From positions 26,916 to 90,915 of IMG/VR virus record IMGVR_UViG_3300032245_000902: a stretch of DNA of 64,000 nucleotides; one strand, given 5' to 3'. The DNA is from a virus. Taxonomy: Duplodnaviria; Caudoviricetes. Below, piece after piece: positions 34,503 through 45,651 of this stretch. The position numbers and the translations under genes were made by a program. The notes under the pieces were generated by a model. That model had not been told where the DNA came from, did no database searches, and worked only from the letters and a program-made list of their open reading frames with translations. The number at the start of each line of letters is the position of its first letter. The first letter of the stretch is position 1.

Positions 34503-35873
34503 ATGTCCAATTCTAATTTTGTAGTTAAAAACGGTTTAAGTGTCAATACTGCAAGCATCATTGATTCTTCTGGTAATTGGACAGGTGCACCTTCAAACAA
34601 CCCAGGTTCAACAGGACCAAACGGAACAACAGGCAGCCAAGGAACTAACGGACCAAACGGACTGCAAGGTAGTCTTGGACCATCGGGCAACCAAGGCAAT
34701 ACTGGACCAACAGGACCTACAGGTGAAAGCCCAACAGGATCAAATGGTCCAACAGGACTTTCAGGATCACAAGGCACAAATGGACCAACCGGCGATATTG
34801 GAAGTTCTGGTACTAATGGACCAACAGGAACAACCGGCAGTCAAGGTTCTCTCGGACCTACTGGTCTAAGTCCTACTGGTGTTACTGGTCCAACAGGAAA
34901 TGCTGGAACATCAGGCACTTTAGGTGTGACTGGTCCAAACGGACCTCAAGGCAATTTAGGTCCAGCAGGAACAACCGGCGTAAACGGCATCACTGGAGCA
35001 TCAGGCCCAAGTCCTATTGGCCCAACAGGTAATACTGGTCCTACAGGTAGCAATGGTCCTACCGGTCCTACTGGTCCAAGTCCTACTGGTGTAACAGGTC
35101 CTACAGGTCCTACTGGACCTACAGGTGCAGATGGTTTATCTGGTGTTGGTGCAACCGGTTCAATAGGTCCTACCGGTACAACAGGAACTACAGGTAGCAA
35201 TGGTCCTACCGGTCCTACTGGTCCAAGTCCTACTGGTGTAACAGGTCCTACCGGTCCTCAAGGTTCTCTCGGTCCTACTGGTCCAAGTCCTACTGGTGTA
35301 ACAGGTCCTACAGGTCCTACTGGACCTACAGGTGCAGATGGTTTATCTGGTGTTGGTGCAACAGGCAGTGCAGGTCCTACAGGACCCACAGGACCTAATG
35401 GGCCAACTGGAGGAACAACAACAGCAGACGATTCAAACATCAATTCGTTGGGTGTTGGTGCAGCTGCAACAGGTACTGCGGGTGAAATTGTTGCAACAAA
35501 CAATATTACCGCATACTACTCCGATAAAAGATTAAAAGACAATATTCAACAAATTGAAAATGCTTTACAATTAGTAAATCAAATTTCAGGCGTTTTCTAT
35601 ACACAAAGTAAATTTGCAGAACAGTTTGGTTATACGGATTATCGTAAACAAGTTGGTGTTATTGCACAAGAAATACAAGCAATTATGCCTGAAGCGGTTG
35701 CTATCGCTCCGTTTGATATGAACAAAGAAGGTAACAGTAAGTCTGGTGAAAATTACTTAACTGTTCGTTACGAAAGATTGGTACCATTATTAATTGAGGC
35801 CATTAAAGAACGCCAGGTGCAAATAAATACTATTAAACAAAAACTGAAAGAAAAACATGGCAACCGTTACTAA
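34503..35873 (+). CDS. Second collagen-like fibre with S74 chaperone
   Basis: Paralogue of 33114 at both termini; interrupted Gly-X-Y with GPSPTG kinks and internal DNA duplications (about 35064-35155 vs 35271-35362). Confidence 0.88.
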   Translation: MSNSNFVVKNGLSVNTASIIDSSGNWTGAPSNNPGSTGPNGTTGSQGTNGPNGLQGSLGPSGNQGNTGPTGPTGESPTGSNGPTGLSGSQGTNGPTGDIGSSGTNGPTGTTGSQGSLGPTGLSPTGVTGPTGNAGTSGTLGVTGPNGPQGNLGPAGTTGVNGITGASGPSPIGPTGNTGPTGSNGPTGPTGPSPTGVTGPTGPTGPTGADGLSGVGATGSIGPTGTTGTTGSNGPTGPTGPSPTGVTGPTGPQGSLGPTGPSPTGVTGPTGPTGPTGADGLSGVGATGSAGPTGPTGPNGPTGGTTTADDSNINSLGVGAAATGTAGEIVATNNITAYYSDKRLKDNIQQIENALQLVNQISGVFYTQSKFAEQFGYTDYRKQVGVIAQEIQAIMPEAVAIAPFDMNKEGNSKSGENYLTVRYERLVPLLIEAIKERQVQINTIKQKLKEKHGNRY

Positions 35874-36630
35874 TCGAGAACAATTTACCGACTACTGCCT
35901 GAGAAAACTTGGTTTTCCTGTTATTGAAGTTAACGTAGATCCAGACCAAGTTCAGGATCGTGTTGACGATGCGTTACAATATTTTCAAGACTACCATTTT
36001 GATGGCCTGCAGAAAACATATTACATCCATAAAATCACACAAGAAGATGTCAATAATAGATATCTTGATTTGAGTGATGTAAGAGATAACGCCAATGTTG
36101 CAACACAAGTTGTAGGTGTTACTCGTATATTTCCACTTCAAGATTCCCAATCAAGCATTAATATGTTTGACTTGCGATATCAATTAAGACTGAATGAGTT
36201 GTATGACTTTACTTCAGCCTCATACATCAACTATACCATGACAATGCAACATCTTCGTATGCTTGAACAATTGTTTACTGGTGAAGTTCCAATTCGTTAT
36301 CAACGACATACAGAAAAACTGTTTGCTGATTGGGCATGGGGTGACCAAGAAGCTCCAGTTGGCCAACCAGTTATTGTTGATTGTTACACCACTATTAATC
36401 CTAATGCATACAGTCGAGTGTGGGACGACCGTTGGTTGAAGCGTTATGCAACTGCTCTAATTAAACGACAATGGGGTGAGAATCTTAAAAAGTTTGGTAA
36501 TATCCAATTACCAGGTGGTGTCGTATTAAATGGCGACAAAATCTTTGAAGAAGCTATGAATGAAATTGATGACCTCGAAAAAGATATGGAAAATAATTAT
36601 GGTGGTGTTCTTGAATTCTTTATGAACTAA
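35857..36630 (+). CDS. gp13: Neck protein gp13
   Basis: '[28 protein letters not shown]', '[20 protein letters not shown]'. Confidence 0.93.
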   Translation: MATVTNREQFTDYCLRKLGFPVIEVNVDPDQVQDRVDDALQYFQDYHFDGLQKTYYIHKITQEDVNNRYLDLSDVRDNANVATQVVGVTRIFPLQDSQSSINMFDLRYQLRLNELYDFTSASYINYTMTMQHLRMLEQLFTGEVPIRYQRHTEKLFADWAWGDQEAPVGQPVIVDCYTTINPNAYSRVWDDRWLKRYATALIKRQWGENLKKFGNIQLPGGVVLNGDKIFEEAMNEIDDLEKDMENNYGGVLEFFMN

Positions 36631-36642
36631 TCAAACGGCACA

Positions 36643-37548
36643 ATGGCTACTTCACAATACTTTAATAATTACAATTCTCGCTTTCAAGAACAAAGGCTCG
36701 TGGAAGACCTCATCGTTGAATCCATAAAGATTATGGGATTCGATGGAATGTATCTGCCTAATGACAACGATGTGGCTCGTGATTTGTTGTTTGGTGAAGA
36801 TCCAGTTAAGAAGTTTCAATCGGCATTTCCTGTTGAGATGTATCTTTCAGAAGCACTCAACTATAACGGTGAAAAAGAATTCTTTTCTAAATTTGGTCTT
36901 GAGATTAAGAACCACACTAAGGTACTTTTAACCAAGAGAACCTTTTCTCAAAGAGTACCACAAAATATTTTTCAAAGGCCAAGAGAAGGTGATTTAATTT
37001 GGATTCCATTTTTAAATGGCACAGGTGAATTGTATGAGATTACATTTACCGACCAAGACAAAGACTTCTATATGCTTGGCCGACCAGCACCATATTTTTA
37101 TGAATTACACTTAGAGAAGTTCAAGTTCTCCAGTGAACTCATTGCTACTGGTGTTAGAGATATTGATGATGCAGCCACACAGGCAACATACACTATTGAC
37201 CTTAATCTTGGTGCCGGCACAGGCGACTACCAATATGGCGAAATTGTATATCAATCATCTGCCAATACACAAGCTAATGCAACTGCCGTGGCCATTGTGC
37301 AATCGTGGGTTCGTGGTGCCAATACATCTACAGCCAATACATTATCAGTTTCTAATATTGCCGGTGAATTTATTGAAGGTGGTTCACTCAAAGTTGTTGG
37401 TGCCACAAGTAATGCACAATATAGATTATCTTCATATGATCCATTGAGTGATAATGTAGAAGATGATACTTATGATAATTATATCATTGAACAAAATGCA
37501 AATTCAATTGTCAACTTTGCTGAAACAAATCCTTTTGGTAGCATTTAA
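36643..37548 (+). CDS. gp14: Neck protein gp14
   Basis: 'EQRLVEDLIVESIKIMG', 'FSKFGLEI', 'RPREGDLIW.P', 'E.NPFG'. Confidence 0.92.
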   Translation: MATSQYFNNYNSRFQEQRLVEDLIVESIKIMGFDGMYLPNDNDVARDLLFGEDPVKKFQSAFPVEMYLSEALNYNGEKEFFSKFGLEIKNHTKVLLTKRTFSQRVPQNIFQRPREGDLIWIPFLNGTGELYEITFTDQDKDFYMLGRPAPYFYELHLEKFKFSSELIATGVRDIDDAATQATYTIDLNLGAGTGDYQYGEIVYQSSANTQANATAVAIVQSWVRGANTSTANTLSVSNIAGEFIEGGSLKVVGATSNAQYRLSSYDPLSDNVEDDTYDNYIIEQNANSIVNFAETNPFGSI

Positions 37549-38540
37549 TGGCTAATATATTTTACAATCGTGCATTAAGGAAGTATGTGGTAGGTTTTGG
37601 TAACCTATTCAACGATATTACTTTGGTGCGGTATAATCCAGATTACTCTGAAGCACAACGTATGATTGTGCCAATTGTGTATGCACCAAAAGAAGATTAT
37701 GTTACTCGTTTAGAAACTGATCCAAACTTAGATAAGAAAACACAGATTACATTACCAAAAATGTCGTTTGAATTGCTTGGATTTAATTATGATGCTAGTC
37801 GTAAACAAAATACTAATGTCAAACAGTTTGCACAGACATCTACAGGATTAATTTCACAATACAATCCAGTACCATACAATTTTGATTTCAATCTATATTT
37901 GTATGTAAGAAACATTGAAGATGGTACACAAATCATTGAACATATTCTTTCTTACTTTACACCAGACTATACAATGAAACTGAATATGATACCTGAAATG
38001 GGTATTGTTAAAGAAATTCCTGTTGTATTAAATTCAACATCGCAAGATATTGACTATGAAGGTGGTTATGAAAGAGATACTCGTGTTATTATTTGGACAT
38101 TAGCCTTCACAGTTAAAGGTCATATCTATGGTAAAATTAATCAATCAGGTAGTGGTTTAATTACACATTCCATTACATCCATATATAATCAGATTACTGA
38201 AGAAGATATAATACAATTTACAATGAATCCGAGTTCAGGTGTAGGTACCTATCAGATTGGTGAAACTGTTTATCAAGGTTTTTCTGCACCTCTAGCAATT
38301 GCAACGGGTAAAGTAATTTCATTTAGTAACAACCTATTAAAATTAAAAAATATTAACGGCAATTTTGTTTCTAATTTACCTATACAGTCCACCAGTGGTA
38401 GTGCAAATTATAAATTTACTTCTTTTAATCCTACATCTGAAAAATTAGTTCAGATAGATATAAGACCAGAACCAGCAAATGCTAATGTGGCTTTGGCAAA
38501 TACTTGGACAGCAAATACAATTATAACTGAATATCCCTAA
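37548..38540 (+). CDS. gp15: Tail sheath stabiliser / completion protein gp15
   Basis: 'RKYVVGFGNLFNDI', 'VPIVYAPKE', 'LPKMSFE', 'QIIEHILSYFTP'. Confidence 0.92.
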   Translation: MANIFYNRALRKYVVGFGNLFNDITLVRYNPDYSEAQRMIVPIVYAPKEDYVTRLETDPNLDKKTQITLPKMSFELLGFNYDASRKQNTNVKQFAQTSTGLISQYNPVPYNFDFNLYLYVRNIEDGTQIIEHILSYFTPDYTMKLNMIPEMGIVKEIPVVLNSTSQDIDYEGGYERDTRVIIWTLAFTVKGHIYGKINQSGSGLITHSITSIYNQITEEDIIQFTMNPSSGVGTYQIGETVYQGFSAPLAIATGKVISFSNNLLKLKNINGNFVSNLPIQSTSGSANYKFTSFNPTSEKLVQIDIRPEPANANVALANTWTANTIITEYP

Positions 38541-38546
38541 TAAAAT

Positions 38547-38963
38547 ATGAATGATTTGAATAAAACTTTATCTGATGTTTTTGATATTGCACCAATACCA
38601 GAAGAAAAGAAAGAAAAACTTCCTACGGTATCAGTCAAGTATAATGAACCTGATTTAAAACAGGACCTCACAGACGCCTATCAACAATCAAAAGAAAATC
38701 TACAAGGTATTATTGACCAAGGCCAAGAAGCCATGGAAGATATTCTACAGATTGCCAAAGCAGGCCAACATCCACGTGCATTTGAAGTCTATGGTACTTT
38801 ATTGAAAAATATGGTAGATGCCAATAAAGAACTTCTGAACATACAAAAACAAATGCGTGAGATGGATGAAGATAAGAAAAAGAATGCTGGCACCAATATT
38901 GATAAAGCCATCTTTGTAGGTTCTACCGCAGAGCTTAATAAACTTCTCAAAGGAAAAGAATGA
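38547..38963 (+). CDS. gp16: Terminase small subunit gp16
   Basis: 'HPRAFEVYG.L', 'AIFVGSTAELNKLL'. Confidence 0.9.
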   Translation: MNDLNKTLSDVFDIAPIPEEKKEKLPTVSVKYNEPDLKQDLTDAYQQSKENLQGIIDQGQEAMEDILQIAKAGQHPRAFEVYGTLLKNMVDANKELLNIQKQMREMDEDKKKNAGTNIDKAIFVGSTAELNKLLKGKE

Positions 38964-39682
38964 AACTTTGGGTGAATGTTTGTTTTTATTATGTAGAAGA
39001 ACGATTAGAACAGTTTACAAAAGTAATAAAAACATTATCCGAAATACCAAACATCAAACTCATTATTAACAGTAATGTTAATTTTGATTCTACTTTGCCT
39101 ATTCATGTTCAAGAACTAGGCGATCCATATTGGCATACATGGGAACACAAGAAATATATGCCAGAATTTTTAGAATCCGACTATACACACTTTGTATACC
39201 TAGAAGGCAACATTGCTGTTGAAAAGAAAACTTTTGAATACTGGATTAAAGCAAGAGAATTATTTCAACGCAACAATCTAAATTTTATACCTGCCACTCA
39301 TCGTGTTCAAAAAGATAAAGAAGGTCAAGTATATTCTTTAGACTGCACCCACCTACAAAATCATCGGCCAATAATTACAGTAGAAGATCAAAAGTTCGTT
39401 TCTTTATCTGAACCATATCAAGGTATGTTTATTATGGATAAAGAATTGGTAAAAGAACATATTGAATCGGATTACTATAAGTTTGGCCAAAAAGGATCAT
39501 GGGGTATTCGTGAGTCAGCCAATCTAGGCAATATGTTTGTAAATGTGCCTTCAGGTTATGCACATAGATATATGTTACCACTAAATAATTTCTCCGACAC
39601 ATGGGTTACACATTTTGGTACTGATTACCATGGCGATAAAAATTCACCCCACGCCAAAATAAAAATTCAGGATTTGTTCTAA
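38960..39682 (+). CDS. Hypothetical protein, possibly GT-A-fold glycosyltransferase-like
   Basis: 240 aa, overlapping both gp16 and gp17; 'DYTHFVYLEGNI' resembles GT-A 'YDYFIYLEDD' strands. Confidence 0.45.
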   Translation: MKLWVNVCFYYVEERLEQFTKVIKTLSEIPNIKLIINSNVNFDSTLPIHVQELGDPYWHTWEHKKYMPEFLESDYTHFVYLEGNIAVEKKTFEYWIKARELFQRNNLNFIPATHRVQKDKEGQVYSLDCTHLQNHRPIITVEDQKFVSLSEPYQGMFIMDKELVKEHIESDYYKFGQKGSWGIRESANLGNMFVNVPSGYAHRYMLPLNNFSDTWVTHFGTDYHGDKNSPHAKIKIQDLF

Positions 39683-41361
39683 TGAACCAAAAAGATTCGT
39701 ACCGTGATAACCCCCTACTTAAAAAGGTAGGTGTCGACCATCAGTATACCAAAGAACAGATTGAAGAATATGTAAAGTGTTCTAACGATCCAGTCTACTT
39801 CTGTATGAATTACATTAAGATTGTAAACGTGGATGAAGGTCTTATTAATTTTAAGATGTGGGACTTTCAAAAAGAAATGATTAATCTCTTTAAAGATAAT
39901 CGTTTCGTTATCACTAAATGTCCTCGACAGGTTGGTAAAACCACCACAACAGTTGGTTATCTTCTTTGGGCAACCATCTTTACCGATTCACAAAACGTGG
40001 CCGTTCTGGCAAACAAAGGTTCACTTGCAAGAGATATTCTAGCCAAGTATCAACTGGCATATGAGAATTTACCACAATGGCTCCAACAAGGCGTGGTGAC
40101 ATGGAACAAGGGTAATGTAGAACTAGAGAACGGGTCTAAGGTAATCGCTGCCTCGACATCATCCTCAGCAATCCGAGGTGGTTCTTTTAACATTGTGTTC
40201 TTGGATGAATTTGCTTTCGTGCCAAACAATATTGCCAACGAATTCTTTAACTCGGTTTATCCTGTAATCTCCTCTGGTAAGTCATCAAAGATTATTATTG
40301 TTTCTACACCAAATGGTATGAACCTATTCTATAAACTATGGATGGATTCAATAGAGAAACGAAACAACTATAAAAACTTTGAAATTCATTGGTCTATGGT
40401 ACCAGGCAGAGATGATGCGTGGAAAGAAGAAACTATTCGTAATACTTCCGAAAGGCAGTTTGCACAAGAATTTGAAACGGAGTTCTTAGGTTCTTCTAAC
40501 ACTTTGATTTCTGGTTACAAACTACAACAATTGAGGTACACAAACCCAATTGCAGAACACGATAAGATGAAGATATATGAACATCCTATCAAAGAAGGTC
40601 AGAATGATGCCAAATCAGACCATCTCTATTGTATTACAGTCGATGTATCTGAAGGTAAAAATCTGGATAGTTCCACATTCTCGGTCATTGATATATCTTC
40701 TACACCTTATAAACAGGTTGCAACGTATGCCAGTTCATCGATATCACCTATATTATTCCCAACGGTGATTGTCAATGCGGCTAGAGTATATAATGATGCC
40801 TATATTTTGGTTGAAATCAATAACAATCCACAAGTGGCAGACTTTATTCATTCAGATTTAGAATATGAGAACCTATTGAAAGTGTTTACTGGCAACAAAA
40901 AACCACAACAGTTGTCTGCTGGTTTTGCCAGAGGTGTTCAAATGGGACTGAAAATGTCTCCTCAGGTTAAGGCCGTGGGTTGTTCTAACCTTAAAACTTT
41001 GATTGAAGGTGATAAATTATTAATTAATGATTTTGATACTTACTCAGAGTTAACCACTTTTGAACAACATAAGACATCATTTGCCGCTGCGGAAGGTGCA
41101 AATGATGATATGGCGATGACTTTGGTCATCTTTGCATGGGCAACAACACAAGCCTATTTCAGAGAAATCGTCAACCATGATTTGAGAAAACAGATTCAGT
41201 TGGAAAACATGAATCAAATAGATGAAGATGTTTTACCTGCACCTATCATAGAAGATGGTTTAGAACATGATTTTATGGTAGAAGGTGGTGATGTATGGGA
41301 AGTTGCTAATGGAGGTGATACATATGCATCATATCACCATAGTTTCTTCAAGGACTTGTAA
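39682..41361 (+). CDS. gp17: Terminase large subunit gp17
   Basis: Walker A 'PRQVGKTT', Walker B 'FLDEFAF', 'STPNG', nuclease 'VDVSEG..D.S' and 'NDDMAM'. Confidence 0.96.
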   Translation: MNQKDSYRDNPLLKKVGVDHQYTKEQIEEYVKCSNDPVYFCMNYIKIVNVDEGLINFKMWDFQKEMINLFKDNRFVITKCPRQVGKTTTTVGYLLWATIFTDSQNVAVLANKGSLARDILAKYQLAYENLPQWLQQGVVTWNKGNVELENGSKVIAASTSSSAIRGGSFNIVFLDEFAFVPNNIANEFFNSVYPVISSGKSSKIIIVSTPNGMNLFYKLWMDSIEKRNNYKNFEIHWSMVPGRDDAWKEETIRNTSERQFAQEFETEFLGSSNTLISGYKLQQLRYTNPIAEHDKMKIYEHPIKEGQNDAKSDHLYCITVDVSEGKNLDSSTFSVIDISSTPYKQVATYASSSISPILFPTVIVNAARVYNDAYILVEINNNPQVADFIHSDLEYENLLKVFTGNKKPQQLSAGFARGVQMGLKMSPQVKAVGCSNLKTLIEGDKLLINDFDTYSELTTFEQHKTSFAAAEGANDDMAMTLVIFAWATTQAYFREIVNHDLRKQIQLENMNQIDEDVLPAPIIEDGLEHDFMVEGGDVWEVANGGDTYASYHHSFFKDL

Positions 41362-41372
41362 ATCCTATGAAT

Positions 41373-41380
41373 CATAAATA
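41373..41380 (+). promoter_or_regulatory. T4-type late promoter (CATAAATA)
   Basis: Late box upstream of gp18. Confidence 0.6.
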
Positions 41381-41432
41381 TCAATATGGTATTTTAACTG
41401 CCAAGAACACATAATAATTCAAGGAGAATAAA

Positions 41433-43124
41433 ATGGCGTTTCAAATCTCTCCAGGCGTAAATGTTTCCGAAGTCGACTTAACAACAGTCGTCCCATCGGT
41501 ACTAACTACGGCCGGTGCTTATGCTGGAAGCTTTTCGTGGGGTCCAGCACGACAAGTAACTCTTATAGATAACGAACTAACTTTAAAACAAATATTTGGC
41601 CAACCAGATTCATTATCTGCTTTATCGTATTTTACTTCAGCTAGCTTTTTAGCTTATGGTAATAATTTAAGTGTGGTACGAGCTGTCAATTCTAACACTA
41701 GTAATGCCACAGCAAACACAAGTTATCCATATCAAATTCCTAATGAAGATGAATTCCAATATTTGTATTTAAATAACAACAATAACAATTTGTTTGGTCC
41801 ATATACCGCACGTTATCCAGGTTCTTTAGGTAACTCTTTAGATGTTCATATTTGTGCAAATACATCTTTGTTTAGCAGTTGGACATATAGTTCTTATTTT
41901 ACTTCTGCTCCTGGTACATCAGCATATGCACAAGCTGTTGGCGGTTCTAACGATGAAATGCACATTGTTGTTGTTGATGCTGATGGCAAATTTACAGGCG
42001 CACAAGGTACTGTATTAGAAACTTATGGATTTGTATCAAAAGCATCTGATGCTTCAATTAATGGTGATACAAACTATTATAAAAATGTAATTTTTAACGG
42101 TTCAAATTATGTTTACGCTATTGATCCTCCAAGTTATTCAAGTACCAATGCTAATTGGGGAACAACGGCTGCAAATACAACATTTATTAATTTGACCACA
42201 AATCAGCAAATTTCATTATCTGGTGGTTCTGATACTCAACCCACAGATGGAAATGTTCAAACTGCTTATGGTTTGTTTGCTAATAAAGAAACAATTGATA
42301 TTTCATTGGTATTAACTGGTGCTGCTAATGTAACAATTCAACAATATGTAATTGACAATATTGTTAATTCTCGCAAAGATTGTGTTGCATTTATTTCACC
42401 TCCAAGAACTGCGATTGACAATATTAGTACCACTCCAACAGCAGGTATTCAAGCTTGGTTAACAAGTTTGGCTCGTTCCAGTTCTTATGTTGTAGCCGAT
42501 TCTGGTTACAAATATATGTATGACAAGTATAACAATGTCTATCGTTATATTCCTTTAAATGGTGATGTGGCTGGACTCTGCGTTAATACCGATACAGTTC
42601 GTGATCCATGGTTCTCACCAGCTGGTTTCAATCGTGGTCAAATTAAAAATGCTATTAAACTGGCATGGAATCCAAATAAAACACAACGAGATGTGTTATA
42701 TGCTGCTGGCGTAAATCCAGTTGTATCTTTCCCTGGTCAAGGTATTGTTCTGTTTGGTGATAAGACACTACAAAATAAACCATCCGCATTTGACCGTATT
42801 AATGTCCGTAGATTGTTTATTGTTCTTGAAAAAGCAATTTCTCAGGCTGCTCAGTTCTCGTTATTTGAGTTTAATGATGAATTTACCCGTGCTCAATTTG
42901 TGGCATTAGTAACTCCATTCTTACGAGATGTCCAAGGTCGCCGTGGTATCTATGACTTCCGTGTTGTTTGTGATACTACAAATAATACAGCGCAAATCAT
43001 TGATACTAACCAGTTTGTTGGTGACATCTACATCAAGCCTGCTCGTTCTATCAACTTCATCCAATTGAATTTTGTTGCAGTTGGAACTGGTGTTGACTTC
43101 ACAACAATCGTTGGTGCAGCTTAA
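41433..43124 (+). CDS. gp18: Tail sheath protein gp18
   Basis: 'SPGVNVSEVDLT', 'PWFSPAGFNRG', 'FDRINVRRLF', 'IKPARSINFIQLNF'. Confidence 0.96.
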   Translation: MAFQISPGVNVSEVDLTTVVPSVLTTAGAYAGSFSWGPARQVTLIDNELTLKQIFGQPDSLSALSYFTSASFLAYGNNLSVVRAVNSNTSNATANTSYPYQIPNEDEFQYLYLNNNNNNLFGPYTARYPGSLGNSLDVHICANTSLFSSWTYSSYFTSAPGTSAYAQAVGGSNDEMHIVVVDADGKFTGAQGTVLETYGFVSKASDASINGDTNYYKNVIFNGSNYVYAIDPPSYSSTNANWGTTAANTTFINLTTNQQISLSGGSDTQPTDGNVQTAYGLFANKETIDISLVLTGAANVTIQQYVIDNIVNSRKDCVAFISPPRTAIDNISTTPTAGIQAWLTSLARSSSYVVADSGYKYMYDKYNNVYRYIPLNGDVAGLCVNTDTVRDPWFSPAGFNRGQIKNAIKLAWNPNKTQRDVLYAAGVNPVVSFPGQGIVLFGDKTLQNKPSAFDRINVRRLFIVLEKAISQAAQFSLFEFNDEFTRAQFVALVTPFLRDVQGRRGIYDFRVVCDTTNNTAQIIDTNQFVGDIYIKPARSINFIQLNFVAVGTGVDFTTIVGAA

Positions 43125-43130
43125 TAAATA
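43123..43130 (+). promoter_or_regulatory. T4-type late promoter (AATAAATA)
   Basis: Late box upstream of gp19. Confidence 0.55.
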
Positions 43131-43152
43131 ACCACGATATAGGAGAAAACAA

Positions 43153-43695
43153 ATGGCATTCAATGTAGCAGAATTTAGAGCAAATATGATTGGTGACGGT
43201 GCCCGTCCCAATCTATTTCAGGTCTCTTTAACATTCCCAACAGTTGCAACAAACGGCACAGCCGCTGCTCAGAAAACAACATTCATGGCAAAAACAGCAC
43301 AGTTACCAGGTTCTACCGTGGGTACTGTGCCTGTGTTTTACTTTGGCCGTGAATTAAAGTTTGCTGGCAATCGTACCTTCACAGACTGGACATTACAGAT
43401 TATCAATGACGAGGACTTTGTAGTTCGTAACGCTCTCGAATCATGGATGAACGCAATCAACAGTCATACTGGAAATGTGCGTAATGGATCAGCAGTTAAC
43501 CCATCAGGTTATACAGTCGATGCAGTAGTTACGCAATATGGTAAATCTGGTAACGAATTGAAATCTTATAAGTTTGTAGGTTTATTCCCACTTGATGTTG
43601 CACCAATTGATTTAGATTGGGGTTCTAACGATGTGATTGAAGAATATTCAGCAACGTTCGCTTTCCAATATTGGGAATCAAATACTACTACTTAA
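43153..43695 (+). CDS. gp19: Tail tube protein gp19
   Basis: 'GARPNLFQV', 'GRELKFAGNRTFTDWT..INDEDF'. Confidence 0.95.
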   Translation: MAFNVAEFRANMIGDGARPNLFQVSLTFPTVATNGTAAAQKTTFMAKTAQLPGSTVGTVPVFYFGRELKFAGNRTFTDWTLQIINDEDFVVRNALESWMNAINSHTGNVRNGSAVNPSGYTVDAVVTQYGKSGNELKSYKFVGLFPLDVAPIDLDWGSNDVIEEYSATFAFQYWESNTTT

Positions 43696-43707
43696 TATGT
43701 TTTTGTT

Positions 43708-43736
43708 TGAGGGACTTAGGTCCCTCATTTATGTTT
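43708..43736 (+). terminator. Hairpin/terminator after gp19
   Basis: tgagggac-ttag-gtccctca followed by tttatgttt. Confidence 0.65.
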
Positions 43737-43759
43737 AATTGAATTGGAATATATAAAAT

Positions 43760-45439
43760 ATGGCAGCCACTAATAAATTTTCCCTCTTTGGTTTTGAGAT
43801 TGCTCGTAGGAAAACAGAAGATGAGCAAGCTCAACAACCTTCTTTTACACCACCTTCAAATGAAGATGGTGCTCTTACCATTTCCTCAGCCGCTTACTAT
43901 GGTACATATGTTGACCTAGATGGCACCGCAAAGAATGAAGTAGAGCTCATTTCTCGTTATCGTGAAATGGCAATGCAACCAGAGATTGAATCAGCTATTG
44001 ATGATATTATGAACGAAGCCATTGTGCAAGATGATGATGGTAAAATTATTGAGATTGTGTTGGACGATTTAGACCAACCAGAAAAAATTAAAAAAGCAAT
44101 TAAAGAAGAATTTCATACCATATTGCGTTTGCTTAATTATAAGCATATGGCACAAGATATTTTCCGCCGTTATTATATTGATGGCAGGTTATATTATAAT
44201 GTGCTTATAGATAAAGAAAATCCAATTGCTGGTATTAAAGAATTACGATATATTGACCCACGCAAACTGCGTAAAGTTCGTGAACTTAAAAAGAAAAAAG
44301 ATGAAAGAACAGGTGCAGAGATTGTAGATGTATTCAATGAATACTATATTTTTAATGACAAAGTGGTGTCTGGTTCTTCTTCTAGTTATGGTCCAGTTGG
44401 TGTTCGTATTACATTAGATTCGATTGTTTCTGTTGTTTCAGGTTTGATGGACTCTCGCCGTGCTGTAGTGTTATCTTATCTACACAAAGCAATTAAGCCA
44501 CTTAATCAGTTGCGTATGATTGAAGATGCAACAGTTATTTACCGTATCTCACGAGCACCAGAACGCCGTATATTTTATATTGATGTAGGTAATTTACCTA
44601 AATTAAAGGCCGAACAATATCTGCGTGATATTATGGTCAAGTATAAGAACAAGTTGGTCTATGATGCACAGACTGGTGAAGTCCGTGATGACCGTAAATT
44701 CTTATCTATGATGGAAGATTTTTGGTTGCCTCGCCGTGAAGGTGGAAAAGGCACAGAGATTACTACACTACCTGGTGGTCAAAACTTAGGTGAGTTGGAA
44801 GATGTTAAATACTTTCAAAAGAAATTATATAACTCATTAAGTGTACCTATTTCTCGTTTAGAACCAAATCAAGGATTCTCAATTGGTCGTGTTGCAGAAG
44901 TAACTCGTGACGAATTAAAATTTGCAAAGTTTGTTGACCGTTTGCGTAATAAATTTTCTGATATTTTTAATCAGGCATTACGAGTTCAATGTGTATTAAA
45001 AGGTATCTGTACCGCTGATGAGTGGGATCAGTTTAAAGAACACATCTATTATGATTTTATTAAAGACAATAACTTTAGTGAACTAAAAGATGCTGAATTG
45101 ATGAGAGAAAGATTATCTCTTTTATCATCTGTAGATCCTTATACAGGTCGTTACTTCTCACAAGCATGGATTCAACGTAATGTATTGCGTTTGACAGATG
45201 ACCAAATTAAAGAAATGCAAACTGAGATTGATGAAGAAAAAGAAATTGGTATGGGTTTACCAGTTGGTGTTATGAATGATGTGGCACAACAACAACTAAT
45301 GTCACAAGTACCAAGCCAACCAATGAATCCGGTTGATGCAGAACACCAAATGGAACTGCAAAAGAAAGAAGCGCAACAGAATCAGGCACAAGAAGAAAAG
45401 TCACCTGGTACATTTGTTAAATTGAAACAAATATTATAA
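43760..45439 (+). CDS. gp20: Portal protein gp20
   Basis: 'IYRISRAPERRIFYIDVGNLPK.KAEQY', 'EDFWLPRREGGKGTEITTLPGG'. Confidence 0.97.
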   Translation: MAATNKFSLFGFEIARRKTEDEQAQQPSFTPPSNEDGALTISSAAYYGTYVDLDGTAKNEVELISRYREMAMQPEIESAIDDIMNEAIVQDDDGKIIEIVLDDLDQPEKIKKAIKEEFHTILRLLNYKHMAQDIFRRYYIDGRLYYNVLIDKENPIAGIKELRYIDPRKLRKVRELKKKKDERTGAEIVDVFNEYYIFNDKVVSGSSSSYGPVGVRITLDSIVSVVSGLMDSRRAVVLSYLHKAIKPLNQLRMIEDATVIYRISRAPERRIFYIDVGNLPKLKAEQYLRDIMVKYKNKLVYDAQTGEVRDDRKFLSMMEDFWLPRREGGKGTEITTLPGGQNLGELEDVKYFQKKLYNSLSVPISRLEPNQGFSIGRVAEVTRDELKFAKFVDRLRNKFSDIFNQALRVQCVLKGICTADEWDQFKEHIYYDFIKDNNFSELKDAELMRERLSLLSSVDPYTGRYFSQAWIQRNVLRLTDDQIKEMQTEIDEEKEIGMGLPVGVMNDVAQQQLMSQVPSQPMNPVDAEHQMELQKKEAQQNQAQEEKSPGTFVKLKQIL

Positions 45440-45442
45440 ATA
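45435..45442 (+). promoter_or_regulatory. T4 late promoter, perfect TATAAATA
   Basis: Exact consensus at the end of gp20. Confidence 0.7.
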
Positions 45443-45459
45443 TTTAAATTGGAGATAAA

Positions 45460-45651
45460 ATGGCAGATACAAGACAAATTATAGATTATGCGGCAGAAGA
45501 TAACGCTAAAGAAATGCGTGATGCATTATATGCTGATATTCATGACCGTGTGATGAATCATTTAGGTGCAGCTAAACAAGCAGTAGCGCAAAATATTTTT
45601 GCTCAAGAAGAAGAATCGCAATCAGAGGATAATTCAGGTGAAAACACTTAA
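45460..45651 (+). CDS. Small prohead core protein (gp67-like)
   Basis: Acidic 63 aa ORF directly after the portal gene, GGAG SD. Confidence 0.55.
   Translation: MADTRQIIDYAAEDNAKEMRDALYADIHDRVMNHLGAAKQAVAQNIFAQEEESQSEDNSGENT

Noticed and set aside
38960-39682. Homing endonuclease or intron in the terminase locus
   Set aside because: No HNH, GIY-YIG or LAGLIDADG motif; gp16 and gp17 are both intact.
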